DNA of 64,000 nucleotides from Dehalococcoidia bacterium (lineage in GTDB: Bacteria; Chloroflexota; Dehalococcoidia; SM23-28-2; RBG-16-64-32), in contig CAXXTF010000001.1 in the NCBI GenBank assembly GCA_963665775.2, positions 320,001 to 384,000 of the forward strand, written 5' to 3'. Below the pieces are notes generated by a model. That model saw only the letters and a list, made by a program, of their open reading frames with translations, was not told the DNA's origin and did no database searches. Shown here one piece after another: positions 1 through 8,277 of this stretch. The position numbers were made by a program, and so were the translations under genes. How positions within the stretch are numbered: the first letter of the stretch is position 1; every line of letters starts with the position of its first letter.

Positions 1-2
1 GG

Positions 3-1091
3 TGTCGGCGTCGGAGACGGCGAAGCCCCAGGCGTGGGGGATGCCGTGGGCGTGGGAGCGGGTGGGCCGGCCCGGAGTGTGGGAATTTGCTGTTGCACCG
101 TTGTCCCTGAGATTGCAAAGCCCAGCCCCTCGGTGGGCCTCCCACTCGGCGATTCCTCAACACGGCCGGTGTTGATGCCCAGGATTTTGCCCCACATCGA
201 GAGCAGTGGTCCGCCGCTGTTGCCGGGGTTGATGGCGGCGTCGGTCTGAATCAAATCGCGGCGGTGCGCTGAATCGTAACGCACTGCCGACACGATGCCG
301 CGGGTTACGGTGGCCTGGCCGCGAAAATTCAGGGCGTATCCGATGACCACCACTTCGTCACCGGGCTGTAGGGCTGCGGCATTGCCAAAGGGCAGGGTCT
401 GGAAGCTGCCGCAGCAGATGCTGACCACGGCCAGATCACGAACGCTGTCAGTGCCCAGGACGGAACCGCTATAAGTGGTGGAATCGTTTACTGTGACGCT
501 GACCTGTACGTCACCTTCGACGACGTGATGGTTGGTGACGACGTACCCAGTCCGGCCCTGCGTCTCGAAGATGACCCCGGAGCCCATCCTAGAACTGGTC
601 TGAATGCGCACCACGGCGGGCCTGACCTGCTTGATCATAGCGCTCAGCGCCGGTGCCGGGTCTTTGGTTGGCGTGGGTCTAGGCGTTGGAGTCGGGGGGC
701 TCGAGCCGATAGGCGGACAGTCAGCCGGCAGGTTCACCGGCAGCGCCACCACATGTCGCAGGATCGTGAGGGCGTCCACGGCGTCCGCGTCCCCATCGCA
801 ATCAATATCGCCCTTGGTTGGAGTCGGGGGGCTCGAGCCGATAGGCGGACAGTCAGCCGGCAGGTTCACCGGCAGCGCCACCACATGTCGCAGGATCGTG
901 AGGGCGTCCACGGCGTCCGCGTCCCCATCGCAATCAATATCGCCCTTGGTGTGTACAGACAGGGCGATGTTGACTGTAGCCTCTGTTAGGGGCGTTGGGA
1001 TCGACGTCGCGACAGGGGGCGAGCCTATGGCTGCCGACACCCCAATGAGAACAATCCCACTAACAATTCCTATAATCCATTTTGTACACAT
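3..1091 (-). CDS. Secreted trypsin-like (S1C/HtrA-type) serine protease with two N-terminal dockerin-like repeats; 3' end runs off the window
   Basis: Manual translation (not in ORF track): MCTKWIIGIVSGIVLIGVSAA signal, 2x KGDIDCDGDADAVDALTILRHVVALPVNLPADC, then GSGVIF, VTNHHVV, DLAVV, IQTDAAINPGNSGGPL, GLGFAI and a PT-rich tail. Confidence 0.9.
   Translation of the reverse strand, partial: MCTKWIIGIVSGIVLIGVSAAIGSPPVATSIPTPLTEATVNIALSVHTKGDIDCDGDADAVDALTILRHVVALPVNLPADCPPIGSSPPTPTKGDIDCDGDADAVDALTILRHVVALPVNLPADCPPIGSSPPTPTPRPTPTKDPAPALSAMIKQVRPAVVRIQTSSRMGSGVIFETQGRTGYVVTNHHVVEGDVQVSVTVNDSTTYSGSVLGTDSVRDLAVVSICCGSFQTLPFGNAAALQPGDEVVVIGYALNFRGQATVTRGIVSAVRYDSAHRRDLIQTDAAINPGNSGGPLLSMWGKILGINTGRVEESPSGRPTEGLGFAISGTTVQQQIPTLRAGPPAPTPTASPTPGASPSPTPT
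685..950. repeat. Exact 132-bp tandem duplication (44 aa dockerin-like unit)
   Basis: 685-816 is identical to 817-948 on direct comparison. Confidence 0.95.
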
Positions 1092-1392
1092 CTTCAAAGG
1101 AACCCCCTTGTGGCAAAGGACCGGCTGCTCTACCACATGCTGACCCGGTCCCGCACTTGCCTCAAGGGGGCATGATGCCGCCCCTAGAGCAGAACCTAAC
1201 TAATGCTATAGTAAGACTAGCATACCAAATAGGAAGAAGGCCTGGCGGTGGCTGACGATGTGACTGAGAGTGAGAGTATACCAAAGCTCTTCCAGATAGC
1301 GCGCCAGGTGCTTGCGGATGACCTTGCGTCAAGTATATAATTGCCGATCGAATCCATGCCTAGCACTGGTAGTATCGCTCTTGTCGGACGCT

Positions 1393-1613
1393 TCAGTGTT
1401 GGTCGAAGAGGTCCCGGATGTCCACGTTTAGAGCCTTGGCCAGCCTCTCAATATTGACCAGGGAGACGTTCCTCTCCCCCGCTCAGCCGAGCTCACATAG
1501 GTCCTGTGTAGACCTGCCCGGAAGGCAAGCTCCTCCTATGACAGCCCGCGCTCCAGCCTGAGTTGCCTGAGCCGTAGCCCGAATCTCCCCCTGATGTCTG
1601 TGCTCGGCGGCAT
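1393..1613 (-). pseudogene. XRE-family HTH / restriction-modification controller (C) protein pseudogene
   Basis: MPPSTDIRGRFGLRLRQLRLERGLS*EELAFRAGLHRTYVSSAERG[fs]ERNVSLVNIERLAKALNVDIRDLF; in-frame TAG at 1538-1536 and a 1-nt frameshift in the G run near 1476. Confidence 0.85.
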
Positions 1614-1642
1614 AGTAGCCCTCGTGGGGACAATGAGGGCTT

Positions 1643-1674
1643 GACTTCTTTGAGTCTACAGACTTATAAGTAGC
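1643..1674 (-). promoter_or_regulatory. C-box-like operator upstream of the C-protein pseudogene
   Basis: Minus strand GCTACTTATAAGTCTGTAGACTCAAAGAAGTC, resembling the tandem GACT-n-AGTC C-boxes of PvuII/AhdI-type controllers. Confidence 0.7.
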
Positions 1675-1734
1675 GATGGCTGGAGAGACCGATCGCTCGT
1701 CGCGTAGGGACGCTCGGACCGAAAGTAGGACGAA

Positions 1735-2229
1735 ATGCAGCCAGGACCTGGAAAGGCGGGCTCGCTAGTTGCGCTGGCGCTCTATTTGGTTGTTGTGCCG
1801 TTCGTTTGGTGGTTTTTGCTTTGGGCAGCCCTGAACTGGCCGGTCAGCATCATTTGGTGGCTCCTGCTAATTGGCTTCAGCCTGGGCATACTGCGCGGAT
1901 TGTCGGTGGCTATAAGCGACATCGCTGCCGCTTGGGCGCCAAACGAAGGTGCCGCTGGCTACACGACAGACACCGGGAACGCGCTCGCACAGCACAAGAA
2001 TAGTGGGGAGTTGTACATCGTGCGCTACCGCGGGAACGAGATTATTGCTGGCGCCGGGCCTATCGATCCGCGAGCCCTTCTGGGAGAGGATCCCGAGGAT
2101 GCGCTTGAACGCCCCACGCACGAGCTTTACGACAGGATCGGCGCGTGGGAGGTAGGCGCTGGCTACGCCTCATGGCTCCGGGCCGCTAGTGGAGCCGAGC
2201 TGCTAAGCTATCCGATAGGAGTGAGATAG
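1735..2229 (+). CDS. Hypothetical membrane protein
   Basis: 164 aa ORF with AGGA RBS and two N-terminal hydrophobic Trp-rich segments. Confidence 0.55.
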   Translation: MQPGPGKAGSLVALALYLVVVPFVWWFLLWAALNWPVSIIWWLLLIGFSLGILRGLSVAISDIAAAWAPNEGAAGYTTDTGNALAQHKNSGELYIVRYRGNEIIAGAGPIDPRALLGEDPEDALERPTHELYDRIGAWEVGAGYASWLRAASGAELLSYPIGVR

Positions 2230-2531
2230 GGGTCAGACCCCATGCAAGGCTAGATCCCGGCAGGGATCTGACGGTCGTTTGCCTCAACTGTCCCAGGATG
2301 CTTTACAGGGTTAATCCGCGCCTGACGATCGAGGAGTTGAGGAGTCGCATGGGCTACGCAAGCCTAGGCTGAGCGTGGCGCTTACCCGCGCATTAGCTCT
2401 GTGGTGCCGCGGCCAGTTCATCCTGCCAAGCCCCAGGAATTCTGAAAAATCTCGTAGATAGCACTCCACCCCTCCTAGGTCAGCAGCGGAAGTGGGGACG
2501 CTTCCTACCAGGCACCGATCCGGTTCAGCCT

Positions 2532-2615
2532 GACAGCAACGCGGACAGCAAGCTAGGCTGATCTGACCCCAATTCTGACCCCAACGCGGACGGACACTGG
2601 CGACTGCGGACGGAC
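2532..2615. repeat. Short direct-repeat pairs resembling integrase arm-binding sites
   Basis: GACAGCAA at 2532 and 2544; TCTGACCCCAA at 2562 and 2574; GCGGACGGAC at 2586 and 2606; inverted GGGGTCAGA at 2229. Confidence 0.6.
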
Positions 2616-2685
2616 TGCGGCGGCCATGAGGCGCCTAGCTTAGATACAGAGGGAGCCTCTGTGCACGCCTGTGGACCTCATGGGT

Positions 2686-2726
2686 CGGTTTACGAAACCG
2701 CTGCTCTACCGCTGAGCTACAGTGGC
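2686..2726 (-). pseudogene. Truncated tRNA-Thr(CGT), 5' half only
   Basis: GCCACTG TA GCTC AGCGGTA GAGC A GCGGT TTCGTAA ACCG, then no GGTTCGA T-arm. Confidence 0.85.
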
Positions 2727-2832
2727 CCCTGCGTCTTCATCTTAGAACCCTGTCGTCTCCGCGACAATGGTGACACAGGCGCCGCAGAAGCCCATAATAA
2801 TTACGTCATGCACTTCGAGAGGAAGGGACTGA

Positions 2833-3507
2833 ATGGCGTATCGAGTAGCGTTTCCCCTGGCCCTTCTATCGCTTGCCATCATCGCAGCGGCCTGCGGCGG
2901 TGGCGACAGCTCGCCCGCAGCCGAATCCCCTTCAGCCACCTTGTCACCTCAAGTCAACGCCTGCCCATCGCCGATAGGAGCGGCTCTCCAGCCTATGGCT
3001 AAGACCTACCCGAACCGGCCCAAGCTAGCCATCGATCCGGCCAAGACGTATCTGGCCGTGATCACTACCGTCCGCGGCGAGTTCACCATCGAGTTCCAAC
3101 CGGATGTCGCCCCGGAGACCGTCAACAGCTTCATCTTCCTGGCCCGCGACGGCTACTACGACGGCGTCACCTTCCACCGGGTCATTCCCGGCTTCATGGC
3201 CCAAGGCGGCGATCCCACCGGCACCGGCTCCGGCGGGCCCGGCTACACCCTTCCCGCCGAGTTCAGCGACCTACCGTACGAGCGCGGCACCGTGGGTGTC
3301 GCCCGCTCGGCCAGCCCGGACAGCGGCGGCAGCCAGTTCTTCATCGCCTTCGGGCCTCAGCCCAGCCTCAACGGCCAGTACACCGTCTTCGGCCAGGTGA
3401 CCGTGGGGATGGACGTCGTCGACTGCCTCACCGCCCGCGATCCGAGCAGAAACCCCGCCGCGCCCGCCGGCGACGCCATCGTCAGCATCGAGATCCGAGA
3501 GCAGTAG
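2833..3507 (+). CDS. Cyclophilin-type peptidyl-prolyl isomerase, lipoprotein
   Basis: IAAAC lipobox; GYYDGVTFHRVIPGFMAQGGDPTGTG, GSQFFI, YTVFGQV. Confidence 0.95.
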   Translation: MAYRVAFPLALLSLAIIAAACGGGDSSPAAESPSATLSPQVNACPSPIGAALQPMAKTYPNRPKLAIDPAKTYLAVITTVRGEFTIEFQPDVAPETVNSFIFLARDGYYDGVTFHRVIPGFMAQGGDPTGTGSGGPGYTLPAEFSDLPYERGTVGVARSASPDSGGSQFFIAFGPQPSLNGQYTVFGQVTVGMDVVDCLTARDPSRNPAAPAGDAIVSIEIREQ

Positions 3508-3712
3508 CCGGCTCCGCTAGCTCCCCGCAGGGTAGTCTCACCGCCGGCGGGCCTGCAGCGCCTGCGCCTCCTGGCTGGGCGCCCCGAACCGATGCAGCCT
3601 GTGGTTTACGAACTCCATCCCCACCTCGAACTCCCCATGCACCACCTCGGCGGCACCGTCAAGCATATCAGGGTCTGACGGGTGATCGCGGAGGTAGGAC
3701 TGGGCCTGGGTT

Positions 3713-4702
3713 CTATCGGCGCTGCAGGTCGACATCCCCTGCTGAAAGCAAGAGAGTCCGGTCTTCAAGCCATACCACGGCAGCCATGTAGTAGCGACCA
3801 TCGGGCAGTGAGTGGCCAAGGATTTCTGCCGTCGTCACAGTGACAATGAATTGCCTGGACTCTTCTGGGGCGAGGTAAAAGACTGACTTTTCCAAATAGC
3901 ACCTCGCCGCGGGTCTCCAGTCCGCCTTTCCTGCGGCATAAGCCGCGTCGCGGCGTCCGAGGTCGCGGTATACATACACAGTCAGCGGACATTCGCGTGC
4001 GACAGAGGCTGCCAAGCGCGTGTTGCTTGTATTGGTCACAGTCAATCTGGCCTCAATGGTAGGCGGTGAAATGCTTCCCGCGCCTGTCTCCACTCGATAG
4101 GGCAGGCCATCTGATATTCTTTGGCTCGGCAGCGGTGCCTGCTTCATGGCTAGCGCCACCTGTCCGGCGGGGATTTCGATCACGCGATCGTTCACCAGAA
4201 CCTGCGCTGCAAGAAAGTAGCTCCCGTCCGGAAGGAAGCGGCCAAGGAGCGGATGACCCACGATCTCGTACGTAGGGATCAGTAGTCGCAGCTCCTCTGG
4301 CGAAAACGACTCGTCTGGAGCAAGCTCACGATCAACCCGGTGGCTAGTGCAAGCAAAAAAACTTCCCGTCACAGGATCACGCCGATTTGCCGAGTCCCAC
4401 ATTGGAGCGCCTGAACGGGCAGGGTTGTCGAACATGAGCAGATGGGTGAAGGAACAGCCGCCGTACTTAACCTGTAGGATCTTAGCAGTCTCGTTGGTCA
4501 ACGTTACCGAGACATCTAGCATGGTCGGTGCTTCATCAACAAGCCTCGCCTCGGCTGTGTAGCTAAGGCCGTTAGCGGTCACTACGTTGGGTTGATCAGT
4601 AGCTTGTTGACAGCCTGCGCCCAACGCGATAGCGGCGATTAACAGCGACCCCATCGAAGGGATTCGTGGAGCTCCAAGACGGTTTTTCAAGTCCACGGTC
4701 AC
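3713..4702 (-). CDS. Hypothetical exported/lipoprotein with two internal beta-sandwich-like repeats (start may be ATG 4654)
   Basis: 329 aa ORF; LGAGC lipobox-like; duplicated motifs VTLTNET/LTVTNTS, LAPDES/LAPEES, LPDGSYF/LPDGRYY. Confidence 0.65.
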   Translation of the reverse strand: MTVDLKNRLGAPRIPSMGSLLIAAIALGAGCQQATDQPNVVTANGLSYTAEARLVDEAPTMLDVSVTLTNETAKILQVKYGGCSFTHLLMFDNPARSGAPMWDSANRRDPVTGSFFACTSHRVDRELAPDESFSPEELRLLIPTYEIVGHPLLGRFLPDGSYFLAAQVLVNDRVIEIPAGQVALAMKQAPLPSQRISDGLPYRVETGAGSISPPTIEARLTVTNTSNTRLAASVARECPLTVYVYRDLGRRDAAYAAGKADWRPAARCYLEKSVFYLAPEESRQFIVTVTTAEILGHSLPDGRYYMAAVVWLEDRTLLLSAGDVDLQRR

Positions 4703-4706
4703 GATC

Positions 4707-5630
4707 CTATCTTGTCACGGCGGGCCGGTTCCGCCGCCCCACGTGCCGCTCCGCGTGGTACGAGGAGCGCACCAGCGGCCCCGCCTCCACATGGCGGAGC
4801 CCCAGCCGGCGACCCGTCTCCGCCAGTGCCTCGAACTCTTCCGGGTGATAGAACCGAGCCACGGCCAGGTGCCTGCGGCTGGGCTGCAAGTATTGACCGA
4901 TGGTCAGAACATCGCAGCCAGCGTCCACCAGATCGGCCATGACCTGAAGCACCTCGGCCTGCGTTTCCCCCAGGCCTACAATCAGGCCACTCTTGATGAC
5001 CGTCCCGGCATCCATCTTCTTGGCCCGCCGCAGCAGCTCCAGGGAGCGCTCATAGCGGGCCCTTGGCTGCACCCGGCGGTGCAGCCGGGGCACCGTCTCC
5101 ATGTTATGGCTCAGGACCTCTGGACGGGCGTCCATCACCGTCGCTAGGGCCTCCTCGTCGCCTCTGAAGTCTGGAATCAGCACCTCAACCGTGGTCTCCG
5201 GCGAAAGCCTTCGAATCCAGCCGATGGTGGACGCGAACAGGGAGGCTCCGCCATCCGCTTCATCGTCCCGGTTGACGGACGTCACCACGGCATGCCCCAA
5301 CCCCAGCTCCCGCACAGCGCGGGCCACCCGCATCGGCTCCAGCTGGTCCAGCCGCGTGGGCCTGCCCGTCTTCACGGCGCAGAAGCCGCAGGCGCGGGTG
5401 CAAACGTCGCCCAGAATCATAAAGGTGGCGGTGCCGGCCTCCCAGCACTCCGCCACGTTGGGACAGTGAGCCTCCTCGCATACCGTATGCAGGCGGCCCT
5501 CCCGCATGATCCTCCGAAGCCGCTGATAGTTGGGGCCAGCGGGGAAGCGCACTCGGAGCCACGACGGCTTGCGCACCGGCGGGGAGTCGTCGTGGCTCCG
5601 GCCTTCAGGGCTCGCTTCTCGTCTCGCCAC
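4707..5630 (-). CDS. lipA: Lipoyl synthase
   Basis: [20 protein letters not shown] and C-terminal RSSYHA motifs. Confidence 0.97.
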   Translation of the reverse strand: MARREASPEGRSHDDSPPVRKPSWLRVRFPAGPNYQRLRRIMREGRLHTVCEEAHCPNVAECWEAGTATFMILGDVCTRACGFCAVKTGRPTRLDQLEPMRVARAVRELGLGHAVVTSVNRDDEADGGASLFASTIGWIRRLSPETTVEVLIPDFRGDEEALATVMDARPEVLSHNMETVPRLHRRVQPRARYERSLELLRRAKKMDAGTVIKSGLIVGLGETQAEVLQVMADLVDAGCDVLTIGQYLQPSRRHLAVARFYHPEEFEALAETGRRLGLRHVEAGPLVRSSYHAERHVGRRNRPAVTR

Positions 5631-5710
5631 TCGCCCATCTTACCATCCCCGACCGATGAGCTTTGCCTCCCGACGGCTGCTATACTCTGTAGGGCAGAAA
5701 GGAGAAGGCA

Positions 5711-6370
5711 GTGCGCAATCTCCTCATCATCGGCGACGAGAATATGGCAGCCTACGCTGAGGCCATGGAGGCCGAAGGCTACAGCGCCTGTCTGCGCCCG
5801 CCGGGCGCCTCGGGGCCGATCGAAGATAGCTTCGACGCCGTCATCCTGGACCTGACCACCCTGGGCGAGGACACCGCCACCAAGCGTCTGCTGGAGGAGG
5901 CCCGAGGGGAGGACTCGCCTGCCCTCATCGCCATCATCGGCCCCGACCAGGTGGCCGCCTTCGATCCCACCCGGAATCTGGACGACTTCCTCCTGGCCGG
6001 CGCCACTCCGAGGGAGCTCACCGCCCGCGTCCGTCAAGCCCTCTGGAAACGCTCCCGCGTGGACACCAAGAACATCCTCAAGTGCGGCGACCTGGTGATA
6101 GACCTGGCCAACTACACGGTCCATGTAGCCGGCAGGCCGGTAGAGATCACCTTTAAGGAATACGAGCTGCTGCGCTTTCTGGCCACCAACCGCGACCGCG
6201 TGTTCAACCGTGACACGCTCCTCAACAAGGTCTGGGGCTACGACTTCTATGGCGGCGCCCGCACCGTGGACGTTCACATCCGGCGGCTACGCTCGAAGAT
6301 CGAGGACCGCCAGCACACCTTTATCGAGACTGTGCGCAACGTCGGCTACCGCTTCCGGGTCATCTCGTAG
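5711..6370 (+). CDS. OmpR-family response regulator, GlnR-like
   Basis: Winged-helix LTxKEYELL, VWGYDFYGGARTVDVHIRRLRSK; directly upstream of amt/glnA. Confidence 0.85.
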   Translation: MRNLLIIGDENMAAYAEAMEAEGYSACLRPPGASGPIEDSFDAVILDLTTLGEDTATKRLLEEARGEDSPALIAIIGPDQVAAFDPTRNLDDFLLAGATPRELTARVRQALWKRSRVDTKNILKCGDLVIDLANYTVHVAGRPVEITFKEYELLRFLATNRDRVFNRDTLLNKVWGYDFYGGARTVDVHIRRLRSKIEDRQHTFIETVRNVGYRFRVIS

Positions 6371-6437
6371 ACCCGCCGCACACCATCCTTGCCGGCCCTA
6401 TGGCCTCACCTGCACCCTCGGCCTGGGAAAGGCCCTC

Positions 6438-6475
6438 GTAACATCGGCTTAACCGCCGCGTAACACGCCCGTAAC
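6438..6475 (+). promoter_or_regulatory. GlnR-box-like tandem array upstream of amtB
   Basis: GTAAC/TTAAC/GTAAC/GTAAC at 6438, 6449, 6460, 6471, exact 11-bp period. Confidence 0.75.
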
Positions 6476-6531
6476 ATGCCTCCCCCTGACCCCGTGATAA
6501 GTTGTCGCAAATAGATAAGGGAGGATCATCC

Positions 6532-7881
6532 ATGCTAGATACGGGCGATACGACCTGGATTCTCATCTCGGCCGCCCTGGTGATGCTTATGACGCCGGGG
6601 GTAGGCTTTTTCTACGGCGGCTTGGTGCGCAACAAGAACGCCAGCGCCACCATCATGCAGAGCTTCGCCATCCTGGCCGTCGTCAGCGTGGTCTGGGTGC
6701 TCTGGGGCTACAGCCTGGCCTTCGGCCCTGACCGAGGTGGCATCATCGGCGACCTCTCCTGGTTCGGCCTCCGAAACGTGGGGCTGGAGCCATCCGAGAT
6801 CTACGCCACGACTATCCCCCACCAAGCCTTCATGGTCTTCCAGATGATGTTCGCGGTTATCACCCCGGCCCTTATCATCGGCGCCTTCGCCGAGCGGGCC
6901 AAGTTCAGCACCCTCATGGTCTTCACCGTGCTCTGGGTGACCATAGTGTACGCGCCGGTCGCCCACTGGGTATGGGCCCTCGATGCCAATGGTGCCACCG
7001 GCTGGCTAGGCGAGCTGGGCGCCCTGGACTTCGCCGGCGGTACCGTGGTCCACATCAACGCCGGCGTGGCGGCGCTGGTAGCGGCCCTCATCTTCGGCAG
7101 GCGCTTAGGCTACGGCCGAGAGCCCATGGAGCCCCACAACGTGAGTATGGTGGTACTGGGCGCCGTGCTCCTCTGGTTCGGCTGGTTCGGCTTCAACGCC
7201 GGTAGCGCCCTGGCGGCGGGCGGCCTCGCCACCAACGCCTTCGTCGTCACCCATGTCGCCTCCGCTGCCGCCGCCCTCACCTGGGTCGGTCTGAGCTGGT
7301 ACTTCCACAAGAAGCCCAGCATAGTAGGGGCCGCCACCGGTGCCGTGGCCGGCCTGGTTGCCATCACCCCCGCCGCCGGCTTCATCGGCTCCTGGCCGGG
7401 CACTGACGGCTACCTGAACTCCGCCCCCGCCCTCCTCATCGGCATCGGCGCCGGCCTCTTCACCTATCTGGCCGTCCAGCTCCGAATTAAGCTCAACCTG
7501 GACGACTCCCTCGATGTCTGGGGCGTCCACGGCGTGGGCGGCACCTGGGGCGCCTTCGCCACCGGTATCTTCGCGGTCGCCGCTATAGGCGGAGGGGCCG
7601 GCCTCATCGATGGCGATGGTGGTGGCCAGCTAGCCAAGCAGCTGGCCGGCATCGGCGCCATCTGGGGCTTCTCCTTCGTCGGCACCGGCGTCATCCTCCT
7701 CGTGCTTGACAGAGTGATGGGGTTGCGTATAACAGAAGAGGAGGAGCAGCTGGGCCTGGACGTCTCCCAACACGGCGAGCGGGGCTACATCTTCGAGGAA
7801 GCGAGTCCCATCGCCCCCGCCGGAACGCCCGCCCCCACCCCCCAGCCCGCACCGCCGCAAGGCAGCAGCGAAGCCTCATAA
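6532..7881 (+). CDS. amtB: Ammonium transporter
   Basis: DTGDTTW, FQMMFAVITPAL, DFAGGTVVH, DDSLDVWGVHG; GGAGG RBS before ATG 6532. Confidence 0.97.
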   Translation: MLDTGDTTWILISAALVMLMTPGVGFFYGGLVRNKNASATIMQSFAILAVVSVVWVLWGYSLAFGPDRGGIIGDLSWFGLRNVGLEPSEIYATTIPHQAFMVFQMMFAVITPALIIGAFAERAKFSTLMVFTVLWVTIVYAPVAHWVWALDANGATGWLGELGALDFAGGTVVHINAGVAALVAALIFGRRLGYGREPMEPHNVSMVVLGAVLLWFGWFGFNAGSALAAGGLATNAFVVTHVASAAAALTWVGLSWYFHKKPSIVGAATGAVAGLVAITPAAGFIGSWPGTDGYLNSAPALLIGIGAGLFTYLAVQLRIKLNLDDSLDVWGVHGVGGTWGAFATGIFAVAAIGGGAGLIDGDGGGQLAKQLAGIGAIWGFSFVGTGVILLVLDRVMGLRITEEEEQLGLDVSQHGERGYIFEEASPIAPAGTPAPTPQPAPPQGSSEAS

Positions 7882-7896
7882 GGAGCGAACCGAAAC

Positions 7897-8150
7897 ATGC
7901 AGAAGATAGAAGCGATCATCCGCCCCGAGAAGCTGTGGGCCGCGGCGGCCAGACCTGCCAGAAAGACATGCTGCCAAAGGTCAAGATCGACGTCGACGTC
8001 ATAGTGAAAGACAGCCAGACCGACGAGGTGATCTCTGTGATCTGCAAGGCCGCCCAGACGGGAAACATAGGCGACGGCAAGATCTTCGTGATGCCGGTCA
8101 GCGATGCCATCCGTGTCCGCACCGGCGAAAGGGGGGAGAGCGTCGTCTAG
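7897..8150 (+). pseudogene. glnK: P-II nitrogen regulator (GlnK/GlnB) pseudogene
   Basis: MQKIEAIIRPEKL joined out of frame to VGRGGQT..DMLPKVKI..GNIGDGKIFV..RVRTGERG; about 30 codons missing. Confidence 0.85.
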
Positions 8151-8277
8151 AAGCGCTCCGGATCAGGGCACAGGCTCACCATCGTTAATAAACATGTAAC
8201 GTGAGCCCCGGTTAATTGGTAGCAGCTAGCCTTACGATTAGCCCCAGCAATTCCGCATCTCAAGGAGGAACAGAGAC

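Noticed and set aside
34-1143. Plus-strand ORFs 34-249, 525-989 and 604-1143
   Set aside because: Antisense shadows of the minus-strand protease
2532-2615. CRISPR array
   Set aside because: Repeats are 8-11 bp pairs without regular spacers, and there are no cas genes
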